A DNA stretch of 32,000 bases from Candidatus Nanosynbacter sp. BB002 (GTDB lineage: Bacteria > Patescibacteriota > Saccharimonadia > Saccharimonadales > Saccharimonadaceae): NCBI RefSeq assembly GCF_037013405.1, contig NZ_CP146064.1, forward strand, positions 360,001-392,000. Reading direction: 5' to 3'. Positions 7,297 to 17,364 of this stretch are shown one piece after another. The notes under the pieces are model-generated. The model was not told where the DNA came from. It searched no databases and saw nothing but the letters and a program-made list of their open reading frames with translations. Position 1 is the stretch's first letter, and each line of letters starts with the position of its first letter. Position numbers and translations under genes: made by a program.

Positions 7297-7880
7297 TACC
7301 TGACGCCTCCTTTCTTCTCAAACGGCATGCCAAACTTCTCGAGCAAGGCTTTTGAAGCTTCTTTGTTACCGTTCTTGATGACAAATGTTACCTGCAAGCC
7401 GTGCAAAATCTGTGTTTCCTCGAACGTCAGTTCTGGGAAGATTGACTGCTCAATGATGCCTAGGTTGTAGTTACCACCTTTATCAAATTTCAGGCCAACG
7501 CCGTGGAAGTCGCGCACGCGTGGCAAGGCTACGTTGATCAAACGATCCATGAACTCGTACATCCGAGCCCCGCGCAGCGTGACGCTGACGCCGATTGGCG
7601 CACCCATACCTTTACGGATGCTAAAGCCAGCGATTGACTTCTTTGCCTGGCGGGCAACTGGTGCCTGACCAGTGATTTTCTCAACGGTGTTTTTGACAAT
7701 TTCAAAATGACGCTTGTCATCTTTCTTTTTGCCGGTGCCAACGCTCACGATGATCTTTTCCAAAGCTGGCACTTGGTGCACGTTCTTTAGATCTAGTTCG
7801 GCTTGCAGTTCCTTCAGGTATTTCTCCTGGTACAAGGCTTTCAAGCGAGGAGCTGGCACGACGGTTTTCTTCTCTGCCAT
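7296..7880 (-). CDS. rplE: 50S ribosomal protein L5
   Basis: 194 aa, canonical position, with 1-nt start/stop overlaps on both sides. Confidence 0.95.
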   Translation of the reverse strand: MAEKKTVVPAPRLKALYQEKYLKELQAELDLKNVHQVPALEKIIVSVGTGKKKDDKRHFEIVKNTVEKITGQAPVARQAKKSIAGFSIRKGMGAPIGVSVTLRGARMYEFMDRLINVALPRVRDFHGVGLKFDKGGNYNLGIIEQSIFPELTFEETQILHGLQVTFVIKNGNKEASKALLEKFGMPFEKKGGVR

Positions 7881-8200
7881 TATTTGATCTCCTTATTTTT
7901 TGCTTGGCGAGCGACGCGAGTTTTGCCGCCGTCAGCGTTCTTTACTAAACCAACCCGGCTGGTTTTGCCTGACTTTTCGTCAACAACCAGTGCGACTTTG
8001 CTGATGTCCATCGGTACGTGGATATCTTTCTTGCCGCCTTTTGGATTGTACTGGCTTGGCTTGACGTGGCGGTGTCCGACGCCAACACCTTCGACCAAAA
8101 CAGTTTGATCTTTGGTGTTAACTTTCAGGACTTTACCAGTCGTACCTTTGTTTTTACCAGCAATGATTTTTACGGTGTCATCTTTGTGAATACGAGCCAT
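7880..8200 (-). CDS. rplX: 50S ribosomal protein L24
   Basis: Contains the KOW motif DTVKIIAGKNKGTTGKVLKV. Confidence 0.95.
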   Translation of the reverse strand: MARIHKDDTVKIIAGKNKGTTGKVLKVNTKDQTVLVEGVGVGHRHVKPSQYNPKGGKKDIHVPMDISKVALVVDEKSGKTSRVGLVKNADGGKTRVARQAKNKEIK

Positions 8201-8568
8201 TAGAGTACCTCCGGAGCTAGGCTGATGATCTTCATGTAGCCCATGTCGCGTAGTTCGCGCGGTACTGGGCCGAAGACACGGGTAGCCTTTGGCTGTTTGT
8301 CATCGTTGATAATCACCACGGCGTTGTCATCAAAGCAAATGGTTGAGCCGTCTTTGCGGTGGATTTGGTCGCGGGTGCGAACTACCACAGCTTTAACGAC
8401 AGACTTCTTTTTGACGTTGCCGGTTGGGCTGGCGTCTTTGACTGAACAGACGATCACGTCACCAACGCGAGCGTAGCGGCGGCGGGTACCACCGAGGACG
8501 CGGATGCACAATACTTCTTTGGCACCCGAGTTGTCAGCTACCTTGAGGCGAGATTCTTGTTGGATCAT
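8200..8568 (-). CDS. rplN: 50S ribosomal protein L14
   Basis: Begins [27 protein letters not shown]. Confidence 0.96.
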   Translation of the reverse strand: MIQQESRLKVADNSGAKEVLCIRVLGGTRRRYARVGDVIVCSVKDASPTGNVKKKSVVKAVVVRTRDQIHRKDGSTICFDDNAVVIINDDKQPKATRVFGPVPRELRDMGYMKIISLAPEVL

Positions 8569-8876
8569 TTGTCATCCTCCTTGGTCTCTTCCTCAGTTTC
8601 ACCAGAAACTTCAGCCTTTAGTTTGATAGAACCGCGAGACTTTTCAATCACCTTGACCAGCGTAAAGCTCTTGGTCTTGGAAATTGGGCGAGTCTCTTCG
8701 ATTTGCACCTTGTCGCCTTCGCCTGCTTCATTGGTCTCGTCATGAGCAGTGTATTTGCGAGTCACGGTGTACTGTTTGCCGTAGAGCGGATGCGTTTCGC
8801 GGCTGGTGACCGTCACAGTGATGGTCTTGTCGCGCTTGGCACTCGTTACGACGCCAATCAGTGTTCGTCGGGCCAT
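8565..8876 (-). CDS. rpsQ: 30S ribosomal protein S17 with acidic C-terminal extension
   Basis: Contains [21 protein letters not shown] and the tail ...[17 protein letters not shown]. There is a 4-nt ATGA overlap with rplN. Confidence 0.93.
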   Translation of the reverse strand: MARRTLIGVVTSAKRDKTITVTVTSRETHPLYGKQYTVTRKYTAHDETNEAGEGDKVQIEETRPISKTKSFTLVKVIEKSRGSIKLKAEVSGETEEETKEDDK

Positions 8877-9082
8877 TACTTGCTCTCCTTTTCGTTAATT
8901 TGTGTCAGCAGGCGTGCGATGTCCTTGCGGAGTGAACGCAACGCTTTTGGATTAACTAATTCGCCAGCAGCGTGAGAACGTTTTGCCTGAAGCAGGTCAT
9001 GTCGCTTTTCGGCAAGCTCCTTCTTCAAATCGTCAACGGTCTTTACGACTGCTGCTTTTGTAGGTTTCTTTGTCTCAGCCAT
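8876..9082 (-). CDS. rpmC: 50S ribosomal protein L29
   Basis: 68 aa, helical and K/E-rich, in the canonical position between rplP and rpsQ. Confidence 0.9.
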   Translation of the reverse strand: MAETKKPTKAAVVKTVDDLKKELAEKRHDLLQAKRSHAAGELVNPKALRSLRKDIARLLTQINEKESK

Positions 9083-9495
9083 TATGCGTCCTCCCGTTTG
9101 ATGAACTTACATTTGACTGGTAGTTTGTGGCTCGCCAGGCGCATTGCTTCGCGGGCTACTTCCTCGGAAACGCCCTGCATTTCAAACATCACCGTGCCGG
9201 CCTTGACCTTGGCAACAAAGAACTCTGGATTACCCTTACCACCACCCATCTTCAAACCAAGTGGCTTGCGAGTAACTGGGGTGTGTGGGAAAATCCGGAT
9301 CCAAATTTTACCACCACGTTTGATGTAGCGGGTCATTGCCTGACGAGCAGACTCGATTTGGCGGGAGTTGATGCGCTCGTTTGATTGTGATTGCAGTGCA
9401 AAGTCGCCGAACGCGATGTAATTACCACGGGTTGCTTGACCACGGTTTTTACCGATGCGCACTTTGCGATATTTAGTCTTTTTCGGTAACAGCAT
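9082..9495 (-). CDS. rplP: 50S ribosomal protein L16
   Basis: Begins [24 protein letters not shown]. Confidence 0.95.
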   Translation of the reverse strand: MLLPKKTKYRKVRIGKNRGQATRGNYIAFGDFALQSQSNERINSRQIESARQAMTRYIKRGGKIWIRIFPHTPVTRKPLGLKMGGGKGNPEFFVAKVKAGTVMFEMQGVSEEVAREAMRLASHKLPVKCKFIKREDA

Positions 9496-10131
9496 TTAGC
9501 GACTCCTTTCTCCCTTATAAATCCACACTTTCACGCCGATAATACCAGCTGGTGTCTGGGCGCGAGCGCAGTGGAAGTCGATATCAGCGCGAAGAGTGTG
9601 TAGTGGCACAGAGCCTTCAATCACCTTTTCGCGGCGTGCCATTTCAGCACCGTTCAAACGACCAGCCACCTCGATGCGGATACCTTTGGCACCAGCACTC
9701 ATGGTGTTTTGTGCGGTCATTTTGGTTGCGCGGCGGAAGTTGATGCGGCGCTCCAACTGGCGGGCGATGTTCTCTGCCACCAATTTGGCTGCTAGTTCCG
9801 GTCGGCGCACTTCTTCGATGTTGATGCGAACCGCCTGACCGACGATCTTCTCAACTTGTTTTTTCAATTCATTCACGCCAGCACCGCCACGGCCGATCAC
9901 CACACCAGCTTTCGCTGTGTGAATGGTTACCGTGATCAAGTTGGCACTCCGCTCAATCTCAATGCGATTGATGGTTGGGCGTGAGGCAAATTTCTTCTCA
10001 ATCAATTCGCGGATTTCGTGATCCTGGCGAATTGCCTCCGCGAACTCTTTCTTATTGGCCGTAAACCAACGAGAGCTCCAGTTCTTGTGAACTTGTAGGC
10101 GGAAGTTGATTGGATTCACTTTTTGACCCAT
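9496..10131 (-). CDS. rpsC: 30S ribosomal protein S3
   Basis: Begins MGQKVNPINFRLQVHKNWSSRWF and has KH-domain-like GRGGAG. The SD GAGGAGGAG lies in the preceding small ORF. Confidence 0.95.
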   Translation of the reverse strand: MGQKVNPINFRLQVHKNWSSRWFTANKKEFAEAIRQDHEIRELIEKKFASRPTINRIEIERSANLITVTIHTAKAGVVIGRGGAGVNELKKQVEKIVGQAVRINIEEVRRPELAAKLVAENIARQLERRINFRRATKMTAQNTMSAGAKGIRIEVAGRLNGAEMARREKVIEGSVPLHTLRADIDFHCARAQTPAGIIGVKVWIYKGERSR

Positions 10132-10305
10132 TTACTTCTCCTCCTCTTCTTCTGGTAGATATTGACCAACAGTGAGCTGACGCATATCTTCAGAGCTAAT
10201 CACATCGCTAGTGATACCGACTTTTCCTAGAGATACTGTCAATCCTTCATTAAGCATTGCACGCTCAGCTTGGGTAGGAGCATGGTTTGGATTCAATACA
10301 CTCAT
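10132..10305 (-). CDS. unannotated 57-aa acidic ORF between rplV and rpsC, translationally coupled at both ends
   Basis: Below the 60-aa cut-off of the ORF track. The ATG at 10305..10303 overlaps the rplV TAA (TAATG). The TAA at 10134..10132 abuts the rpsC ATG (TAAATG). Translation: MSVLNPNHAPTQAERAMLNEGLTVSLGKVGITSDVISSEDMRQLTVGQYLPEEEEEK. The SD GGAGGA lies 6 nt upstream, inside the rplV codons. Confidence 0.6.
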   Translation of the reverse strand: MSVLNPNHAPTQAERAMLNEGLTVSLGKVGITSDVISSEDMRQLTVGQYLPEEEEEK

Positions 10306-10742
10306 TATGCTTCCTCCTTCTTTGCAGGCTTGGCAGGTTTGGTCTCTGCCTTTGCCTTGGTCTCTGGTTTCTTCGCAGGTGCCTTCTTTGGCTTCTCCGT
10401 GCCAGTTACTTCAACCAAGATGTTTGACGTCTTTTTCTGGAACGGCAAGGCACGACCGCGTGACGCTGGCTTAAAGCGACGCAGACGCGTACCAGTGGTA
10501 ACACTCAATGTGGTGATCACCAAGCTTTTAGCGTCCAAACCGTGGTTGTTGATAGCGTTTGCCTTGGCACTGTCGATAGCCTTTTTAACTGGCATAGCAG
10601 CGCGTTTTGGTACGTGCTCCAAGATAACCAATGCATCAGCGACGGTGCGGCCGCGTACTAGTGCAGCCACCAAGCTAACCTTGCGTGGTGTTTGGTCAAC
10701 ACCTTTGGCGTAAGCGCGAACAGTATAAGTTGTATCAGCCAT
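10305..10742 (-). CDS. rplV: 50S ribosomal protein L22 with Lys/Ala/Pro-rich C-terminal extension
   Basis: L22 core (VRAYAKGVDQTPRKVSLVAALVRG...) plus the tail GTEKPKKAPAKKPETKAKAETKPAKPAKKEEA. Confidence 0.93.
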   Translation of the reverse strand: MADTTYTVRAYAKGVDQTPRKVSLVAALVRGRTVADALVILEHVPKRAAMPVKKAIDSAKANAINNHGLDAKSLVITTLSVTTGTRLRRFKPASRGRALPFQKKTSNILVEVTGTEKPKKAPAKKPETKAKAETKPAKPAKKEEA

Positions 10743-10744
10743 GA

Positions 10745-11011
10745 TTACTTCTTATCCTTTCCGCCGTGCTTACGGAACTTACGAGTTGGGCTAAACTCAC
10801 CGAGTTTGTGGCCAACCATGTTTTCAGTAATCAGCACAGGCACGTGCATCTTACCGTTGTAGACAGCAATCGTTCGACCGACCATTTCTGGGGTGATGGT
10901 CGAAGCGCGCGCCCACGTTTTGATAACGGTTCGATCGTCAAGGCTGAGAGCAGCGACTTTTTTCGCAAGCTTCACATCGACGAATGGACCTTTCTTTAAT
11001 GAACGACTCAT
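10745..11011 (-). CDS. rpsS: 30S ribosomal protein S19
   Basis: Begins [12 protein letters not shown] and contains ...[10 protein letters not shown]. Confidence 0.95.
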   Translation of the reverse strand: MSRSLKKGPFVDVKLAKKVAALSLDDRTVIKTWARASTITPEMVGRTIAVYNGKMHVPVLITENMVGHKLGEFSPTRKFRKHGGKDKK

Positions 11012-11017
11012 CGTGAT

Positions 11018-11857
11018 TTACCTCTTCCTCTTCGCGTCGTGACGCGTGCGTACGATTAATTTATTTGAGCCTTTGCGGCGGCGAGTTCGATAACCCAGCG
11101 TCAATTGACCCCATGGCGTACGTGGTGCCTTACCAGTACCGTGGCGACCACCGTCACCACCACCATGTGGGTGATCTGCGGCGTTCATGACGACACCGCG
11201 AACCGTTGGGCGAATACCCTTGCGGCGGCGGCGGCCGGCTGAACCGATCTTCACGTTCTGGTGCTGGACGTTACCGACTGTACCGATGGCAGCGGTTGCT
11301 TCCAGGCGAACTTTGCGAACTTCACCAGATGGCAATTTGATAGTTGCGTAATTGCCTTCTTTGGCCATCAACTGAGCCTTGGCACCAGCGGCGCGAACCA
11401 TTTGCGCACCTTTGCCGGCAGTCAGTTCAATAGCATAAATCATCGTACCAACAGGGATAGCAGACAGTGGCAGGCGGTTTGATGCCTCAATTGGTGCTGT
11501 CTCGCCAGTCTGAATCGTCTTGCCTTTGACCATTGAGGTGTCGGCCAACACGTAGTGGTACAGATTGTACTGATCTTTCACCCGAGCGATGCGCGCTGAG
11601 CGGTTTGGATCGTACTCAATTTCTTCAACCGTCAGTGTCAGACCAGCCGGCAAATTGTGGTTCACCAAACGGTAGTGACGACGAACGCCACCGCCGCGAT
11701 GACGCACGGTGATGCGGCCTTGGTTGTTGCGGCCAGCATTTTGCTTTTTGGCTTTGATCAAACTTTTGAGCGGTTTTCTTGTCGTGATGTCCGACAAGTC
11801 CTGACTCGTCATGCCGCGACGAGCAGGAGTGGTTGGATTGTAAGCTTTCACTGGCAT
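11018..11857 (-). CDS. rplB: 50S ribosomal protein L2
   Basis: 279 aa containing HPHGGGDGG and RHRGGG. Confidence 0.96.
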   Translation of the reverse strand: MPVKAYNPTTPARRGMTSQDLSDITTRKPLKSLIKAKKQNAGRNNQGRITVRHRGGGVRRHYRLVNHNLPAGLTLTVEEIEYDPNRSARIARVKDQYNLYHYVLADTSMVKGKTIQTGETAPIEASNRLPLSAIPVGTMIYAIELTAGKGAQMVRAAGAKAQLMAKEGNYATIKLPSGEVRKVRLEATAAIGTVGNVQHQNVKIGSAGRRRRKGIRPTVRGVVMNAADHPHGGGDGGRHGTGKAPRTPWGQLTLGYRTRRRKGSNKLIVRTRHDAKRKR

Positions 11858-12177
11858 TACTTGGTCTCCTCCATCTGCTGCTCTACTGCGTCAAACACAT
11901 CGAGCTTATCGCCATCTTTCAGCGTCACGTAAGCTTTCTTCCAGTCCTTGCGCGTGGTCGTGCCAGGATAGCGGTTCTTGCCTCGTGAGAAACGCACAGC
12001 TTTGCCGTCTTGGACTAAGGTTTTCACCTTCAGAACGGTAACGTCAAATTGCGCTTCAACTGCTGCTTTGATCTCGTTTTTATTCAGGTTGAGCGGAACG
12101 CGGAACACGTACACGCCGTTGGCGCTCTGTGCGTAGGCTTTCTCGCTAATGCGTGGGATAATTGTCATCTGTTTCAT
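11857..12177 (-). CDS. rplW: 50S ribosomal protein L23 (start trimmed to MKQMTIIPRISEKAY)
   Basis: The ATG at 12177 is 1 nt after the rplD stop. The longer ORF-track start would lie inside rplD. Confidence 0.9.
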   Translation of the reverse strand: MKQMTIIPRISEKAYAQSANGVYVFRVPLNLNKNEIKAAVEAQFDVTVLKVKTLVQDGKAVRFSRGKNRYPGTTTRKDWKKAYVTLKDGDKLDVFDAVEQQMEETK

Positions 12178-12178
12178 A

Positions 12179-12784
12179 TTACGCTTCCTCCTTACCCAGC
12201 CATGCGGTGATGATGTCGAGGGCTTGTGGTGAGATAACAATATGATCAGCGTTCAGGATATGATACACACTAAGGTAATTGGCACGGATCACCAATACCT
12301 CTTGTAAGTTGTTAGTTGCGCGCATCAACTCTGGCGTCTTTTCACTCGTGACAAGCAGTACTTTTCTATCAAGCTTGAACTGCTTCAAAAAGGCGACAGC
12401 ATCGCGAGTCTTGCCAGTAACCTTTTCTTCATACGGCAATACGCTAATCTTCTTCGCGTCATGTGCTACCGTCAAGGCTTGGCGAATTGCCACTTTCTTG
12501 GCGGTTTTAGACAATTTTTTGGTGTAGTTTTCGTTGCCGCGTGGACCAAAGACCACACCACCACCGCGCCAGATTGGGTTACGGGTTGAACCGAAACGTG
12601 CTCGACCAGTTCCCTTTTGCTTCCATGGTTTTTTACCACCACCGGAAACTTCGCCGCGCTGCTTGGTGGTTGCGCTTGCTAGGCGGGCGTTTGCTAGGTA
12701 GCTATCGTATGCCAATTTCAACAGTTCGTGATTTGGCACTTCAACAGCAAAAATATCTTTAGGAAGTTTGGTTGATTCAGCCAT
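12179..12784 (-). CDS. rplD: 50S ribosomal protein L4
   Basis: Contains KPWKQKGTGRARFGSTRNPIWRGGGVVFGP. Confidence 0.95.
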   Translation of the reverse strand: MAESTKLPKDIFAVEVPNHELLKLAYDSYLANARLASATTKQRGEVSGGGKKPWKQKGTGRARFGSTRNPIWRGGGVVFGPRGNENYTKKLSKTAKKVAIRQALTVAHDAKKISVLPYEEKVTGKTRDAVAFLKQFKLDRKVLLVTSEKTPELMRATNNLQEVLVIRANYLSVYHILNADHIVISPQALDIITAWLGKEEA

Positions 12785-13398
12785 TACTTGTTACCTCCTA
12801 AAATAATCAGCCCTTTTCGTGGCCCAGGCACAGCGCCCTTCACCCCGATCAGATTGGTCTCTGGATCAACATATGCCACTTCCAGGTTTTTGACGGTAAC
12901 ACGCTCGTGACCCATGTGGCCAGCCATCGTCTTACCCTTGAACACTTTTTGTGGATACATCGAGCCAATTGAACCTGGCTTACGAGTATTACCTTTACCA
13001 CCGTGCGTCTTGCGGTGACGCTTAAAGTTGTGGCGTTTAATGGTTCCAGCGAAACCTTTACCTTTGCTGGTTCCGGTCGCATCGACAGAATCGCCGACTT
13101 CGAACGCGGAAACGTTGATTTCGTCGCCAACTTTGATACCCTCAGGGATCTCGTCGACGCGGAATTCCCGAATGTACTTCGGGGTCACTTGGGCTGGCTT
13201 CACGTGTCCAGCCACGGCCTTGCTCAGGTTCTTACCCTCTCCATAAGCGACCTGTACCGCATTGTAACCGTCGGTTTCGACAGTCTTCACCTGAGTCACG
13301 GTGACAGGGCCGGCTTGGATCAGCGTCACCGGAATAGCTTTGCCGTCTTCAGCCAAGAGCTGGGTCATACCAAGTTTGGTACCGAGAAGTGTTTTCAC
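12784..13398 (-). CDS. rplC: 50S ribosomal protein L3
   Basis: GTG start with GAGTGAGGAAAA upstream. Contains KGKGFAGTIKRHNF. Confidence 0.95.
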   Translation of the reverse strand: MKTLLGTKLGMTQLLAEDGKAIPVTLIQAGPVTVTQVKTVETDGYNAVQVAYGEGKNLSKAVAGHVKPAQVTPKYIREFRVDEIPEGIKVGDEINVSAFEVGDSVDATGTSKGKGFAGTIKRHNFKRHRKTHGGKGNTRKPGSIGSMYPQKVFKGKTMAGHMGHERVTVKNLEVAYVDPETNLIGVKGAVPGPRKGLIILGGNK

Positions 13399-13402
13399 TT
13401 TT

Positions 13403-13458
13403 CCTCACTCCCACTTAAATACTCCTGATGACGTGCGGTTTCTGGGTTCTGAGTGAGG
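13403..13458 (-). promoter_or_regulatory. rplC 5' leader helix that can sequester the rplC SD
   Basis: In the mRNA, CCUCACUC (complement of 13458..13451) is perfectly complementary to GAGUGAGG (13410..13403). The latter is the SD directly before the GTG. About 40 nt are enclosed by the helix. Confidence 0.4.
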
Positions 13459-13547
13459 CGTTCATGACAAGCGCTTCAATCATAGCCAGACCTGCTCATT
13501 CATCAAGGAGAACAGTTGATATTACGCGTAATAGAAATTACCTTATA

Positions 13548-13577
13548 ATTCTAGCACAAAACATTGGTTAAAGTCAA
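13548..13577 (-). promoter_or_regulatory. sigma70-like promoter for the rplC...rpsH unit (TTGACT-18-TGcTAGAAT)
   Basis: -35 TTGACT (13577..13572), 18-nt spacer ending in TGc, -10 TAGAAT (13553..13548). This matches the architecture of the rplF promoter. The predicted leader is about 140 nt. Confidence 0.55.
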
Positions 13578-13582
13578 GTAAA

Positions 13583-13915
13583 TCAGATCATCACGCCCAC
13601 TGGCGTAAATGAGGTCAAAATTGCCATCAAAATGAGGGTAACGTACCAAATTTTGCGGTTAAATTGATACTGTTCAATCTTCAGAACTAGCAACAGCGCT
13701 ACGAACAAGCCAACTGGCACGGCCTGCACAGTGAAAGCGCCTAACTCAAAGGGGTTTTTGAGACGCAACCACAGTGCACTGAGGATGACAAATATCACCA
13801 ATTTCAAGAAAAAGGTGCCGTCGTTTTCATAAATTCGCTCACGTCCTTTGCGGCTGAACAAAGCGCTGGACTTTGAGCGGTTGCGGGCGTAGGTGCGAGA
13901 TTTTTGTTTTGTCAT
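13583..13915 (-). CDS. hypothetical small membrane protein (110 aa, basic N-terminus, 3 hydrophobic segments)
   Basis: ORF between rpsJ and rplC. It has a short SD-less 13-nt leader after TGcTATAAT. Confidence 0.55.
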   Translation of the reverse strand: MTKQKSRTYARNRSKSSALFSRKGRERIYENDGTFFLKLVIFVILSALWLRLKNPFELGAFTVQAVPVGLFVALLLVLKIEQYQFNRKIWYVTLILMAILTSFTPVGVMI

Positions 13916-13928
13916 AAGCTTGATGAAA

Positions 13929-13937
13929 ATTATAGCA
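13929..13937 (-). promoter_or_regulatory. extended -10 TGcTATAAT for the 110-aa membrane protein gene
   Basis: The minus strand reads TTTTTTATGCTATAATTTTCATCAAGCTTATG, immediately after the rpsJ terminator. Confidence 0.45.
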
Positions 13938-13968
13938 TAAAAAATCCGCCCCGTTCAAGAGGCGGAAA
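13938..13968 (-). terminator. intrinsic terminator after rpsJ
   Basis: The minus strand reads TCCGCCTC-TTGAAC-GGGGCGGA followed by TTTTTT. Confidence 0.8.
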
Positions 13969-13985
13969 TTTCTGACATGGTAAAA

Positions 13986-14303
13986 TTACATACGAATTTC
14001 AGCGTCAACGCCAGCTGGCAAGTTCAAGTTCTGCAGACTGTCGATGGTCTTTGGTGTCGCGTTGGTGATGTCGATCAACCGCTTGTGAACACGGCGCTCG
14101 TAGGTCTCACCACCCATTTTATATACGTGTGGGCTTTTTACCACTGTGTAGGTGCTGCGGCGAGTTGGCAGCGGCACTGGGCCAGCAACGTTCGCGCCGG
14201 TGCGAATTGCAGTGTCAATGATTTGTTTTGCTGATTGGTCGATGACTTTGTGGTCATACGCCTTCAGTCGGATGCGGATTTTAATCCCGGTATCTTGAGC
14301 CAT
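13986..14303 (-). CDS. rpsJ: 30S ribosomal protein S10
   Basis: Contains [16 protein letters not shown] and ...[26 protein letters not shown] lies upstream. Confidence 0.96.
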   Translation of the reverse strand: MAQDTGIKIRIRLKAYDHKVIDQSAKQIIDTAIRTGANVAGPVPLPTRRSTYTVVKSPHVYKMGGETYERRVHKRLIDITNATPKTIDSLQNLNLPAGVDAEIRM

Positions 14304-14392
14304 GGCTCCTCCTTATGTACAATCCCGTAACCTCTAATCATTCTACTGTACGAACGACCGAGTTCTCGAGATAAATTAGTAATAACTAGGTG

Positions 14393-14401
14393 ATTATACC
14401 A
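14393..14401 (-). promoter_or_regulatory. extended -10 TGgTATAAT for rpsJ
   Basis: The minus strand reads AAATTGGTATAATCACC. It starts 7 nt after the ldh stop and about 90 nt upstream of the rpsJ ATG. Confidence 0.5.
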
Positions 14402-14407
14402 ATTTCC

Positions 14408-15343
14408 CTAGGCTTTATCAAGGTGGGCAATCATTTCACCGATGATTGCAGCGGAATTATTGAGAGACTCCTTTTCGCGTTCAGTCAGTGGATAGCCCGT
14501 CAAAATTTTTACGCCGTCACAACAAATAATCGACGGTAAGCCCAGTACCACATTGTCCAGTCCATATTCACCCTCAGCCAGTGAACAAACTGGATAGACC
14601 GTGCGTGTCGATTGACGTAAGGCCGAGACAATCTTAGAAACCACAAAGCCAATGGCAAAATACGTCGACTTCTTTGTCTCAATCACTCGGTAGGCGCGGT
14701 CACGGATTTTCTGCTCAATGCCCTCAACCAATTCCTCAGTGAAGCCTGGATATTCACGAATCGGTACTTCGCCGACCTGCGCCGTTTCAATGGTCGAAAA
14801 CGAAGAGTCACCGTGCTCGCCCAAGATGTACGCGTCGACCGCCTTGCTGTCGACATTCAGCGCGTCGGCCAGGTACGACTTTAGCCGTGACGTGTCCAGT
14901 GTCGTTCCCGTGCCGAACACTCGGGTTTTTGGCAGTCCTGATTCCTTCAACGCCACGTAGGTCAAGACGTCGACTGGGTTGCTGACGACCACCAAATACG
15001 GCTTGGCGCCACCAGCCATGATGTTTTTGACAATGTCACGCATGATGTTAGCATTGACACCGACCAACTCCAGTCGCGTCTGACCTGGCAACTGCGGCGA
15101 ACCGGCAGTGATAACCACGATGTCATTGTCGTTGATATCAGCGTAGTCCCCCGGGCGCACCACCACGTTGCGGTCAAGCCCCATGGCGTCGTTGATATCC
15201 GCGGCTTGACCCCACGCCAAATCCGCATTGCGGTCGATCAATACAATTTCTTCAATCACACTGCGCAGCGCACACGCATACGCCGTCGTCGCGCCAACCA
15301 TTCCGCCACCACCGATAATCACCAGTTTCTGTTTATTCACCAT
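14408..15343 (-). CDS. ldh: L-lactate dehydrogenase (LDH/MDH superfamily)
   Basis: Rossmann motif VIIGGGGMVG. The substrate loop AGSPQLPGQTRLEL has Gln at the position that is Gln in LDH and Arg in MDH (position 102). The catalytic motif is GEHGDS and the Arg171-equivalent lies in LDTSRL. Confidence 0.85.
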   Translation of the reverse strand: MVNKQKLVIIGGGGMVGATTAYACALRSVIEEIVLIDRNADLAWGQAADINDAMGLDRNVVVRPGDYADINDNDIVVITAGSPQLPGQTRLELVGVNANIMRDIVKNIMAGGAKPYLVVVSNPVDVLTYVALKESGLPKTRVFGTGTTLDTSRLKSYLADALNVDSKAVDAYILGEHGDSSFSTIETAQVGEVPIREYPGFTEELVEGIEQKIRDRAYRVIETKKSTYFAIGFVVSKIVSALRQSTRTVYPVCSLAEGEYGLDNVVLGLPSIICCDGVKILTGYPLTEREKESLNNSAAIIGEMIAHLDKA

Positions 15344-15375
15344 ATCTCCTTTTTGTGTTAGATGTATTGTCTATA

Positions 15376-15969
15376 CTATTTTACCATAGGTACTATGTCG
15401 TTAGGGTCTGGGTTGAGGTTGCAAGACTCCTCGAGGCCAAAGCCCTCCCTAGCTCGGCCTTGATCCATGGCACGAATATTATACCCACCAGTAGCATTTG
15501 GGTCGGCATCAACAAAGTAGTAATGTATCTCTCCCTCAGGGAGCTGGCGTGGAATGCACATATGAGCGCCACCATTATCCTTTTCTTTCCAACCATCACG
15601 CGGATATCCTTTGCCCTCACAGCGCGTGGAGTCGACCTCTGTGGCAATTTTATCCCATCCGCTACTAATCAGTGCATTCTCCCAGGACAATACATATTCT
15701 TTGTCCTGAAAACACAGTCTCAAGCTCTCATCGTCAGAGAAACCGGCCGTATTTTCTATGTTTGGGTATTTTGGCGAAGCCTCAGTATCAAGACCACCGT
15801 CAACTGGAGAGGTATCTTCCGTGCTCACAACCTCTGGCTGCGCAACATGCTGCTCATCTGCTGGTTTTTCGCAGCCGACTAAGCTTAACGACAGTGTACC
15901 AGCTGCCGCCACAGCTGCAGCTCGCCTCCACCAAGAAAAACCGTATTCCAACCCTGCTTCTCTGTTCAT
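15376..15969 (-). CDS. hypothetical lipoprotein (start trimmed to MNREAGLEY...)
   Basis: Signal peptide with lipobox LSLVGC. AAGGAG lies 7 nt upstream of the ATG at 15969. The longer ORF-track start at 16050 would run through the predicted promoter. Confidence 0.65.
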   Translation of the reverse strand: MNREAGLEYGFSWWRRAAAVAAAGTLSLSLVGCEKPADEQHVAQPEVVSTEDTSPVDGGLDTEASPKYPNIENTAGFSDDESLRLCFQDKEYVLSWENALISSGWDKIATEVDSTRCEGKGYPRDGWKEKDNGGAHMCIPRQLPEGEIHYYFVDADPNATGGYNIRAMDQGRAREGFGLEESCNLNPDPNDIVPMVK

Positions 15970-16021
15970 ATGATTACTCCTTTTTTGCTTATTATTACCC
16001 TCTCCCAACCCTTTACCCATT

Positions 16022-16050
16022 ACCATACCAATGCGGCTGGTGATTGTCAA
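16022..16050 (-). promoter_or_regulatory. sigma70-like promoter for lipoprotein-ldh (TTGACA-17-TATGGT)
   Basis: Perfect -35 TTGACA (16050..16045), 17-nt spacer, -10 TATGGT (16027..16022), immediately after the tuf terminator. Confidence 0.55.
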
Positions 16051-16052
16051 TA

Positions 16053-16084
16053 CAAAAAATACCCCCGATGATCGAGGGTATTTT
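16053..16084 (-). terminator. intrinsic terminator after tuf
   Basis: The minus strand reads ATACCCTCG-ATCAT-CGGGGGTAT followed by TTTTTTGTATT. Confidence 0.8.
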
Positions 16085-16103
16085 GGGTAATCTACCAGAG
16101 TGA

Positions 16104-17288
<1,185 letters not shown>

Positions 17289-17364
17289 TTGTAGAAGTTC
17301 TCCTTATTTAATTATTATTTCACGCGGGTATGACCAATTAAAGGCTCCACGGCGTATGCGCTTA

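Noticed and set aside
15355-16043. Plus-strand ORFs of 175 and 123 aa
   Set aside because: They lie antisense to the lipoprotein gene, which has an SD, signal peptide and lipobox. The translations are not protein-like.
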